A DNA stretch of 63,961 nt, counting the filler, from Candidatus Rokuibacteriota bacterium (lineage in GTDB: Bacteria > JAUVQV01 > DATDCY01), in the NCBI GenBank assembly GCA_031406795.1. It is 8 parts of 8 records of this genome, joined end to end, with 100 filler letters (N's around TTAATTAATTAA, not from the genome) between each part and the next. Parts side by side here need not be neighbours in the genome. Positions count along the whole stretch, not along the records: positions 18,215 to 41,924 come from JANOHV010000051.1; 7 more parts are not named here. The stretch is one strand, 5' to 3'. Positions 30,032-38,329 of this stretch are shown piece after piece (within the stretch, counting starts at the first letter, position 1; the number at the start of each line of letters is the position of its first letter). The notes under the pieces are model-generated. The model worked only from the letters and a program-made list of their open reading frames with translations. It did no database searches and had not been told where the DNA came from. Both the position numbers and the translations under genes were made by a program.

Positions 30032-31063
30032 ATGCGTCCTGGAAGAATCGCCGGCATCCTGCTCCCGGCTGCCGTCTCGATCACGCTGCTGCTGTTGCTG
30101 ATGCGCGGCGGCTCCTGGTCCGAGCTGGCTGCGAGCGTCTCCCGGGCCCCCCGCTCCGCGCTGGCGATCTATGCGCTCGTCAGCGCCGCGGGTCTCTGGC
30201 TGCGGGCCGTGCGCTTCCGGCTGCTGTTGCCGCCCCCCCGGCCTGCCCGGGGCCCGCTGCTGCTGGTGACCGTGGCGCAGAACTGCCTGGGCGATCTGGT
30301 CCCGGGCCGGCTCGCCGCGCTGGGCTCCTATGTCTATCTGCTCGTCCGCCGCTTCGGGGTCGGCCTGGAACCGGCCGCCGCCACGTTCCTGCTCTCGTTC
30401 GTCTTCGAACTGGCGACGCTCGGCCCCGTGCTGGCGCTGGCGGCGCTGATGCGTTTCGACGCCGGAGCGGGCGCTCTCGCGTCGAGACTGCCGGTCGGCT
30501 GGATCGTCGCGGCCGGGGCGGGCCTCTTCGTCGCGGCCGCCGTCGCCCTCCGCGAACTCGGCCCGATCACGCAGGCGCTCGCGCGGGTCCTCCGCGGCCG
30601 GGCGGTCGAACCCCCGCCCGTCGCGGGCAGCCGTCGGCGGGCCCTGGCCGCGCGGCTCGATTCCCTTGCCGGCGCGCTGGGGGAGGTGCGCCGGGCCGGC
30701 ACCCTCGCCCCCGTCTTTCTAGTCTCGATGGTCATCCGGCTCGCGAAGTACGGTTCGCTCTATGCGCTGATGACCGGGCTGCTCGCCGGTGCGGGCGCGG
30801 TGGGGCGCCAGCCGGATTTCTGGGATCTCATCCTCGGCATCACGGCAACCGAGCTGGTCGCGGCCCTCCCCATCCCCGCTCTCGGGCAGTTCGGGGTCTG
30901 GGAGGGAGGGATGACCGGGGCGCTCGTCCTGCTGGGTTTCGATCGCGGGCTGGCGACCCAGGTGTCAATCGGGATCCACGGGATCGCCCAGATGTACGAG
31001 TATTTTCTCGGGATTCTCGCCTTTGGTCTGCTGGCGGTCGTCTTCAGAAGAGCGCGCGAATAG
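30032..31063 (+). CDS. LPG-synthase-TM / YbhN-like flippase-domain membrane protein
   Basis: LRAVRF, LVPGRL and ALGQFGVWEGG motifs; multiple TM segments. Confidence 0.75.
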   Translation: MRPGRIAGILLPAAVSITLLLLLMRGGSWSELAASVSRAPRSALAIYALVSAAGLWLRAVRFRLLLPPPRPARGPLLLVTVAQNCLGDLVPGRLAALGSYVYLLVRRFGVGLEPAAATFLLSFVFELATLGPVLALAALMRFDAGAGALASRLPVGWIVAAGAGLFVAAAVALRELGPITQALARVLRGRAVEPPPVAGSRRRALAARLDSLAGALGEVRRAGTLAPVFLVSMVIRLAKYGSLYALMTGLLAGAGAVGRQPDFWDLILGITATELVAALPIPALGQFGVWEGGMTGALVLLGFDRGLATQVSIGIHGIAQMYEYFLGILAFGLLAVVFRRARE

Positions 31064-32365
31064 CCGGACCGCGTTTCCGGCGCGCTCAGCGCGGTTCGCG
31101 GCGGCAGGCTCGGCGTCGCTGACGGAACTTCGGATACAGACGCCCATGATGAAGGCGAAGGAATAGCGCAGGATCTGGATGTTGAAGAATGAATCCATGA
31201 AGCCGGCGATCATGAAGTGCACCGCGGTCGCCATCGCCAGGGAGGCCAGGAGCTTCCCGTTGCCGCTGGAACGCACGACCGGCACCGTCGACCTCAGGCT
31301 GCGGAAGAAAATGAACAGCAAGGCGCTCAACCCCACGATGCCGTTCGTGGCCAGCGTGAACAGATACATGTTGTGCGGCTGATTGTAATCCAGCAGATGT
31401 CGCGGCAGGAGCCGCAGCTCCCGGTACTCCTCAATCGTGCGGAGGTAGTCCCCTGTCCCGACGCCGAGGAGGGGCCGGGACCGAAACATCTTCAGCGAGG
31501 CTTTCCACATCAGCAGCCGGCTGCCGATCGAGGAGGGTTTCTTTTCGCTGACGAAGAACAGCTCCAGATCCTGGGGGATCGTGTCGATCCGGTCGCGGAC
31601 GAGCGGGACGAACTGGTACGCCGACGCGAACAGCAGGGCCGAGCAGCCCATGATGAGAAAAACCGTCTTCCTGCTCCTGATCAGCGCGAAGGCCATGATC
31701 GCCGCGGTCAAGGAGATGCTGAACCAGGCGGTTCTGGACGTGGAGAGCACGATGCAAAGCGCGGAGAGAAGGAGAAAGCCGGACAGGTAGACTTTCGTTC
31801 TCGTCGAGGCGCCCGGACCGTTGAACAACAGGAAGAAGACGCCCGCGTAGAGGCCGAGCGCGTTGATGTTCGAGAACCAGATGTGGTGAAGATCGAGCGG
31901 GGCGAGCGGGAGCGCGAACTCCCTCTCGCCGATCACGCCGAGATACGTCATGACCCCGAGCAGGTTCAGCGCCGCCAGGCCGATCAGAAACGACACCAGC
32001 AGGCTCTCGGCCTTCCGGGTTCGCTCTGCTGCTCTGGGGTCGGCCTGGAGCAGCACGGAGACGAGGAAATAGATCGCCGGCAGGCTTACGAACTTGTTCG
32101 CGATGGCGAAACCGTCGGCAGGCCGCTGGGTGTGGATGATGCCGAGGTAGGCGACGAGACAGAAGAAGCCCAGCGCCGCCGTCAGGGGCTGGCGGCAGCT
32201 GCGCACGAAGTCGGCGCGGAATTGCCGGTCGAGGAGCACGCCGGCCGCCGCCGCGGCGTAGAGGGCGCCGAGCAGGATGTTGCTCGCGCTTTTCGAGAGC
32301 GGCAGGCACAGCCCGAAGAGCAGCAGCCCGGTGTAGAGCAGGCGGTGCCACGAGGCGCTCGACAC
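30965..32365 (-). CDS. O-antigen ligase (WaaL/Wzy_C) family protein
   Basis: STSRTAW, SSIGSRLLMW, PLLGVGTG and PHNMYL motifs. Confidence 0.88.
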   Translation of the reverse strand: MSSASWHRLLYTGLLLFGLCLPLSKSASNILLGALYAAAAAGVLLDRQFRADFVRSCRQPLTAALGFFCLVAYLGIIHTQRPADGFAIANKFVSLPAIYFLVSVLLQADPRAAERTRKAESLLVSFLIGLAALNLLGVMTYLGVIGEREFALPLAPLDLHHIWFSNINALGLYAGVFFLLFNGPGASTRTKVYLSGFLLLSALCIVLSTSRTAWFSISLTAAIMAFALIRSRKTVFLIMGCSALLFASAYQFVPLVRDRIDTIPQDLELFFVSEKKPSSIGSRLLMWKASLKMFRSRPLLGVGTGDYLRTIEEYRELRLLPRHLLDYNQPHNMYLFTLATNGIVGLSALLFIFFRSLRSTVPVVRSSGNGKLLASLAMATAVHFMIAGFMDSFFNIQILRYSFAFIMGVCIRSSVSDAEPAAANRAERAGNAVRLFARSSEDDRQQTKGENPEKILVHLGDPVDPD

Positions 32366-32367
32366 GA

Positions 32368-33702
32368 TCAGGCGATCTTTCCCTCGAGGTCGTAGGCGCC
32401 GGCCCCGGTGATGCGCACCGCGACCCAGGAGCCGGCCTCGCCGCGACCGCGCACCCTGATCCGGCCATCGACCTCCGGCGCCTGCCAGGGGGTGCGGGCC
32501 TGCCAGATAGTCGTGCGGCCGGGTTCGGGCCCGAGCAGAAGCGCCTCGGTGGTGCCGCCCACGCGCGCCGACCAGAGATCGGACGCCAGCTCGGCCTGCA
32601 AGGTCATCACGGCGTGGTAGCGCTCCTGCGCCTCCTCGGCCGTGGCGGCGCCGGGCAGGGTCGCGGCTTTCGTCCCCGGCTGTGCCGAGAAGACGAATGC
32701 GCCGAGATTCTCGAACGGGTGCGCGCGCAGGAAGCCCAGCAGCTCGGCGAATTCGCGTTTCCCCTCGCCCGGGTAGCCGACCATGACCGTGGTGCGCAGC
32801 GCCACGCCCGGAATGTTCTCACGCAGCGACGAGAAGAGCTTCTCCAGCCCGGGCCGGGCGTAGCGGCGGTTCATGCGCTCGAGCACCCGGCCGCTCGCAT
32901 GCTGGATCGGGATGTCGAGGTAGGCGCAGAGTTTCGGCGTTTCGGCGAAGAGGCGGATGATCTCCTCGTCGACCCGTTCGGGGTGCAGGTAGAGCAGGCG
33001 GACGCGGAAGTCCCCGGGGAGCGCCGCGACCGCGCGCACCAGGGGCGCGAGCCCGCCGCCGCGGCGACCCTCGCCGAAGCGGGTGATGTCCTGTCCGACC
33101 AAATTGAGTTCGCGGACCCCGGCGTCGATCAGCGCGCGCGCCTCGTCCAGCACCGCCGCGCGCGTGCGGCTGGCGTGCGGCCCGCGGATCGAGGGGATCA
33201 GGCAGTAGTGGCAGCGGTTGCTGCAGCCGTCCGAGATCTTCAGGTAGGCCCAGGGACCGGTGGTCAGCGAGCGATCGAGCGAGCCGCTCGGCAGGAAGGC
33301 CCTCCCGGGGCTGCCGAGGCGCGTCGGCCGCGGCGCGGCGAGCGCCAGCCACTCGCCGAGGCGCGGGATCTGCTTCGGTGCGAGCAGCAGGTCCACCGCG
33401 GGGTAGCGCGTCGCCAACTCGTCGGCGAAGCGGTTGACCATGCAGCCCGCGACCACGACGAGCCGCCCGGCGAGCCGCGCCTTCCAGGCAACGGCGTCGG
33501 CGATCGCCTCGTGCGACTCCTCGACCGCCGGGCCGATGAACGCGCAGGTGTTCACCAGCAGCAGGTCCGCGCCCTCGCGATCGGGCACGAGCCCCCAGCC
33601 GCCGGCGCCGAGCCCGCCGATCAGGTATTCGGTGTCCACCAGGTTCTTCGAGCAGCCGAGGCTCACCACGCCCGCGAGGGGGATCCGCTTCGTCCGAGCC
33701 AT
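32368..33702 (-). CDS. rimO: Ribosomal protein S12 methylthiotransferase
   Basis: SLGCSKNLVDTE, NTCAFI, KISDGCSNRCHYC and QAPEVDG motifs. Confidence 0.93.
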   Translation of the reverse strand: MARTKRIPLAGVVSLGCSKNLVDTEYLIGGLGAGGWGLVPDREGADLLLVNTCAFIGPAVEESHEAIADAVAWKARLAGRLVVVAGCMVNRFADELATRYPAVDLLLAPKQIPRLGEWLALAAPRPTRLGSPGRAFLPSGSLDRSLTTGPWAYLKISDGCSNRCHYCLIPSIRGPHASRTRAAVLDEARALIDAGVRELNLVGQDITRFGEGRRGGGLAPLVRAVAALPGDFRVRLLYLHPERVDEEIIRLFAETPKLCAYLDIPIQHASGRVLERMNRRYARPGLEKLFSSLRENIPGVALRTTVMVGYPGEGKREFAELLGFLRAHPFENLGAFVFSAQPGTKAATLPGAATAEEAQERYHAVMTLQAELASDLWSARVGGTTEALLLGPEPGRTTIWQARTPWQAPEVDGRIRVRGRGEAGSWVAVRITGAGAYDLEGKIA

Positions 33703-33749
33703 GCGCGGGAGTATAACAGGGTCACCGGGCGTTCCCGCCAACCCGGGTC

Positions 33750-34739
33750 TTACAGCCGCGCGACGCGCTCCTCGCCGGGGTGCGCGAGGGTGCAGTAGGG
33801 ACCGTCCGTCGCGCAGCCGCGGCACTCCGACTGCAGCGTCGTGTGCGTGATGCCGAAGCGCCCGTGCAGCAGCGCGTTCACGTCATCGAGCACCGCCTGG
33901 GGCTCGCGGGCGGCGGCCGCATCGACGATCAGGTGCGCCGAGAGCGCCCGGATGTGCGAGCAGAGGCTCCAGATGTGCACCCGGTGCAGATCGGCGACGC
34001 CCGGAACCGCGAGGACGGCGGCCACGACGCCTTCGACCGTGAGGCCCGCGGGGACACCTTCCATCAGGATGTGCAGCGACTCGCGCACGAGTCTCCCGGC
34101 GCCCCAGAGCAGCAGCAGCCCGATCGCAAAGCCGAGGATCGGGTCGATGAGCGTCCAGCCCGTCGCCCAGATGATCGCGCCGCCGGCGATGACCGCCACC
34201 GAGGCGAGCAGGTCGCCGATGACGTGCAGGTAAGCCCCGCGCATGTTGAGGTCGTCGGTGTGGTGCCCGTGCAGCAGCCAGACGACGATCGCGTTGGCGA
34301 GCAGCCCCGCGAAGGCGACGGCCATCATGCCGCCGACGCGCACCTCACGCGGGTTGGCGAGCCGCTCCCAGGCTTCGTAGAAGATCCAGGCCGCGATCAG
34401 CCCGACGGTCAGTCCATTGACCAGAGAGGCGAGGATCTCCCCGCGGTGCAGGCCGTAGGAGTGCCGGTCGCTCGCCGGGCGCGCCGCGAGCATGATTGCC
34501 GCGTAGGAGAGGCCGAGCGCGGTCGCGTCGAACAGAACATGCAGCGAGTCGGAGAGCAGCGCCAGCGAGGAGGACCAGATCCCGCCGGCGAGTTCGACGG
34601 CGAACACGGCGAGCGTCAGGGGGATCGCCAGCCGCAGCTGCGAGGCCGGGGTCCCCTGGCCGTGCCCGTGGGAGCAGGTGCGCGCGGCGTGGTCGTGATC
34701 GCAGCGCGCCGGCTCGGACGACATCGGGATCGAGTCCAT
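33750..34739 (-). CDS. CDF-family cation efflux transporter (ZitB/CzcD-like)
   Basis: His-rich N-terminus; SLALLSDSLH, AYLHVIGD and HTTLQ motifs. Confidence 0.92.
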   Translation of the reverse strand: MDSIPMSSEPARCDHDHAARTCSHGHGQGTPASQLRLAIPLTLAVFAVELAGGIWSSSLALLSDSLHVLFDATALGLSYAAIMLAARPASDRHSYGLHRGEILASLVNGLTVGLIAAWIFYEAWERLANPREVRVGGMMAVAFAGLLANAIVVWLLHGHHTDDLNMRGAYLHVIGDLLASVAVIAGGAIIWATGWTLIDPILGFAIGLLLLWGAGRLVRESLHILMEGVPAGLTVEGVVAAVLAVPGVADLHRVHIWSLCSHIRALSAHLIVDAAAAREPQAVLDDVNALLHGRFGITHTTLQSECRGCATDGPYCTLAHPGEERVARL

Positions 34740-34830
34740 GCGATTACCCTGCACCGCCCGCGCCGGCGCTGTCAACCCGCGGCGATGATTGACCAGCTTG
34801 TCAACGGAAGGCTGAAAACTCATGGAACGG

Positions 34831-34890
34831 GCAGGCTGCTCAAAAAGATCCAGGTGGAACGCCGCAGATGGGCCTTTTTCAGCGGGCTGC
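34831..34890. repeat. Short MITE-like repeat, copy 2
   Basis: GCAGGCTGCTCAAAAAGATCC...GGGCCTTTTTCAGCGGGCTGC; contains the M23 gene stop codon. Confidence 0.8.
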
Positions 34891-36168
34891 GATTTGCGTG
34901 TAGGCCTGCCCGTCGAGCCAGGTGCGGTATTCGGCGAATTCCTCGGCGTACTGCGGGGGGAGGCGTTCGGCGCGCGGGAAGGCCTCCTTCACCGGGTTGA
35001 CCCAGGTTCCGCCGCGCCGCACGCGGTAATCCAGGTGCGGTCCGGTTGACAGCCCGGTCGAGCCGACGTAGCCGATGACCTCCTTCTGCCGCACCCGGTC
35101 GCCGACTTTGAGTCCGGAGGCGAAGCGCGAGAGGTGCAGGTAGTGGGTCTCGTAACCGCCGCCGTGACGCAGCGCGATCCGGTTGCCGCCCGCGTTGTCC
35201 CGGCCGCGCGCAAGGACCACGCCGTCCGCGGGCGCCCAGACCGGGGTGCCTTCGGGGGCGGCGAAGTCCACGCCGTAGTGGGCCCGGACCCGGTTGAGGA
35301 TCGGGTGCAGACGCGCGCCGGAAAAGCCGCTGCTGATCCGGGTGTACGAGATCGGGGAGCGCAGGAAGGAGGCGCGTACCGATCGTCCCTCGGCGGTGTA
35401 GTACTCGCCGCGCGCGTCCGGCCACGGGAAGAAATAGGCCTGGTGCGTCCCGTCGTCCTGGCGGTACTCCGCGGCGAGGATGCGGCCGTACTGCACGAAG
35501 CGCCGGTCGCGGTAGATCTTCTCCACCACCAGCCGGAAGGAGTCGCCCGGCTGCAGCTCGTGAGCGAAGTCGATGTCCCAGGCGAACAGCTCGGCGAAGG
35601 CCAGCGTCAGGGTGTCGTTCTCGCCGGCGCGGTCCATCGCTTCGAAGAGCGAACTGCGGATGTTGCCACGGACCTCGACGACGCGGTTCTCCGCGGGGAG
35701 CGCCGCCAGCTGGGTCTCCCAGCCGTCGGGGGTCGAGCGCAGCACGAGGGCCTCCAGCGGGCTCTTCTCGTAGGTCAGGCTCACCAGGTCGCCGCCCGGC
35801 TTGAGCACGACGGTGAAGCGGTCCCCGGCCTTCAGGCGCCGGAAATCCAGCGCCGGTGCGAGCCGCTGGACGATGTGCGGGATGATCTCGGGGTCGAGCC
35901 CCGCGAGCGCGAGGCTTTCGGCGAAGCCGACGCCGGCGCGGATGGCGCCGCGCAGGGTGCGGAGGTCCGCCGGCGGGGTTGACGTCGTGCCGGCGGCCGG
36001 TTGTGTGCTGTCGCCGGCGTCGGCCGGAGGTTCGGGCAACTCAGGCAGGGCCGTCCGGGCCGCGGCGAGCAGCGCAACGCAGGCGCTCGAGAGCGCGACA
36101 TTGCGCCCCCAGCGCGCCAGACGGGCGCCGAGGCCCTCGACGGGCCGGTACAGCGGCAGCAGAGACAT
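34879..36168 (-). CDS. M23 peptidoglycan endopeptidase (MepM-like)
   Basis: HYGVDFAAP, YLHLS and GSTGLSTGPHLDY motifs. Confidence 0.92.
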   Translation of the reverse strand: MSLLPLYRPVEGLGARLARWGRNVALSSACVALLAAARTALPELPEPPADAGDSTQPAAGTTSTPPADLRTLRGAIRAGVGFAESLALAGLDPEIIPHIVQRLAPALDFRRLKAGDRFTVVLKPGGDLVSLTYEKSPLEALVLRSTPDGWETQLAALPAENRVVEVRGNIRSSLFEAMDRAGENDTLTLAFAELFAWDIDFAHELQPGDSFRLVVEKIYRDRRFVQYGRILAAEYRQDDGTHQAYFFPWPDARGEYYTAEGRSVRASFLRSPISYTRISSGFSGARLHPILNRVRAHYGVDFAAPEGTPVWAPADGVVLARGRDNAGGNRIALRHGGGYETHYLHLSRFASGLKVGDRVRQKEVIGYVGSTGLSTGPHLDYRVRRGGTWVNPVKEAFPRAERLPPQYAEEFAEYRTWLDGQAYTQIAAR

Positions 36169-36486
36169 CGCCGGAAGAATGTACGAAAGTCGGGTTTTCT
36201 CTGTCAATGACATTCATCACATCCTCGGGAGTCGCCCGACAAGGCGCGACCGGGATTACTCTCGAGAATTTTGTCTTCCCGCGCTGGGCCCGCTACCATC
36301 TCTTAACCAATCATCGATCGATGGAAGTGCCCATGATTGCCGAAGAAATGGGTCGGACGGCCCATGGAGCGCGGATGTTGTCTTGACTTCAATTGAGCGC
36401 TCGACGTAAGCTCGCCTTATCGGCGATTTCAAGCGTGTCGTGACGCCGGCTTGAGGTGAGCGCCCGGTCCGGGGAACGAGGCACAG

Positions 36487-37068
36487 GTGGGACAGGCAGC
36501 GACGAAGCGGGACGCGAGGTACACCTATGCCGACTACCTCCGGTGGTCCAACGACGAGCGTTGGGAGCTGATCAACGGCGTCGCCTTCAACATGACGCCG
36601 GCGCCGTCGCGGAAGCATCAGAAGATCTCATGGGAGTTGGCGCAGCAAATCGGCGCCCATCTGCGGGGAAAGAAGTGTCAGGCTTACGCCGCCCCCTTCG
36701 ACGTGCGCCTCCCGGCGCCCGGCGAATCCGACGAAACGACGAGCACCGTCGTCCAACCTGATCTGGTTGTAGTCTGCGACCAGGCGAAGCTTGACGATCG
36801 GGGATGCAAAGGCGCACCGGACCTGGTGATCGAGATCATTTCTCCCGATTCGGTGGCCCGGGACATGAGGGAGAAATGCAACCTATATGAGCGGGCCGGG
36901 GTTGCGGAGTACTGGATCGTCCACCCGACAGACCGGATTGTGTCGATTTTCCGCCGGGGTCCGGATGGACTCTACGGGAAGCCGGATGTCCACACCGCCG
37001 AGGAGCGCATTTCCGTCGGTGTTCTGCCAGAATTGGAAATCGACCTCGCGCCGGTTTTTGCAGAATGA
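36487..37068 (+). CDS. Uma2-family PD-(D/E)xK nuclease, copy 1
   Basis: RWELINGV, VVQPDLVVVCD, GAPDLVIEIISP and GVAEYWIV motifs. Confidence 0.92.
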   Translation: MGQAATKRDARYTYADYLRWSNDERWELINGVAFNMTPAPSRKHQKISWELAQQIGAHLRGKKCQAYAAPFDVRLPAPGESDETTSTVVQPDLVVVCDQAKLDDRGCKGAPDLVIEIISPDSVARDMREKCNLYERAGVAEYWIVHPTDRIVSIFRRGPDGLYGKPDVHTAEERISVGVLPELEIDLAPVFAE

Positions 37069-37225
37069 GGAGCAGGTGATACAGAGCAGGTGATACAGTC
37101 GCGCGTCAAGGCAGATCTGCTCGCCTGCGAGCGCTGATGGCCCAATCGATCTCTGGAACCTTTCCCGCGACCTGATCCGGCGTTTTATCGTTGCCAACTC
37201 GCGCGAGGAGAAGGTCGCGTTTTGA

Positions 37226-37293
37226 TCACATCAGATTCAGCGGGCTGACGTCGATCAGCAGGTGGATGCCGGCGCGGCGGGCGGCCTCGTGCA
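37226..37293 (-). pseudogene. priA: Relic of the priA 3' terminus
   Basis: 37228-37293 is identical to 40912-40977 (66 bp); ends in TGA rather than TAG. Confidence 0.92.
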
Positions 37294-37442
37294 ACGGTAT
37301 GATAAATATTGACAAGCCGAGGGGTTTGCCGAAAGATGCAAGACAGCCAAGGTCGGAAATGAGGAAAGAGATGAATTCGTTCTCCATGCAAGAGCAGGAT
37401 GGGGATGAGGCTGGATATTCCTGCCAGAGGTGACTTGAGCTT

Positions 37443-38045
37443 ATGGCACGGGCAGCAACGAAACGCGATGAGAGGTACATCTACGCCGACTATTTGCGCT
37501 GGCCGGATGACGAGCGCTGGGAGTTGATCGATGGCGTCGCGTACAACATGATTCCAGCGCCGACCCGCCTGCACCAGGAAGTTTCACGAGAACTATTGCG
37601 GCAGTTCGCCAACCACCTGCTGGGCAAGCGCTGCCAGGTGTATGACGCTCCCTTCGATGTGCGCCTGCCCGCGCCGGGCGAGTCGGACACGGCCGCAAGC
37701 ACCGTGGTACAGCCGGACCTGGTGGTGGTCTGTGACCACGCGAAGCTCGACGAGCAAGGTTGCAAGGGCGCGCCGGATCTGGTTGTCGAGATCCTTTCGC
37801 CGGCTACTGCGGCAAAAGACTTGAAAGAAAAGTTCGTCCTCTATGAGCGCGTCGGGGTCGTAGAATACTGGATTGTCCATCCGGTGGAAAAGGCGGTCAC
37901 GATCTACCGTCGTGATCCCGAGGGTCTGTACGGCCGGCCCTCGGTGTACACGGCAGGCGACCGTATTCCCGTCGCCTTCTTGCCGGAGTTGGAGATCGAC
38001 CTCGCGACGGTGTTCATCGAGCCGGGTACGGAAGAAGCGGTCTGA
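37443..38045 (+). CDS. Uma2-family nuclease, copy 2
   Basis: Close paralogue of 36487-37068 with the same motifs. Confidence 0.92.
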   Translation: MARAATKRDERYIYADYLRWPDDERWELIDGVAYNMIPAPTRLHQEVSRELLRQFANHLLGKRCQVYDAPFDVRLPAPGESDTAASTVVQPDLVVVCDHAKLDEQGCKGAPDLVVEILSPATAAKDLKEKFVLYERVGVVEYWIVHPVEKAVTIYRRDPEGLYGRPSVYTAGDRIPVAFLPELEIDLATVFIEPGTEEAV

Positions 38046-38088
38046 AATAATGCGGACTGTGCGTAGCGCCGGGGCATTGTTACGAGCC

Positions 38089-38275
38089 GGCGGGTCTTGA
38101 CCGGGATCAGCATCCGCCAGCGGTTGCGGATCTTCTCCATTGGTGCGGGAACCGGCCCGAGGACGTGACAGGAGCCGGCGGCTTGCGCGCTGCCGAGCAT
38201 CTCACGCAGGCAGGCGCCGATCTCGTCCGCGGCCGCACCGAGGCGGGTCTGGTTGGCGCCGTCGAGGCGCAGCGC
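38089..38275 (-). pseudogene. priA: Diverged internal relic of priA
   Basis: 187-bp ungapped match to 41023-41209. Confidence 0.9.
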
Positions 38276-38329
38276 TTATCGAGGAGCGGCAGAACGCTTC
38301 ATCCCCTGCAGTCTTCAGGAGGTCGCGAA

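Noticed and set aside
36487-38045. Integron cassette array
   Set aside because: No intI and no convincing attC (RYYYAAC...GTTRRRY) structures were seen.
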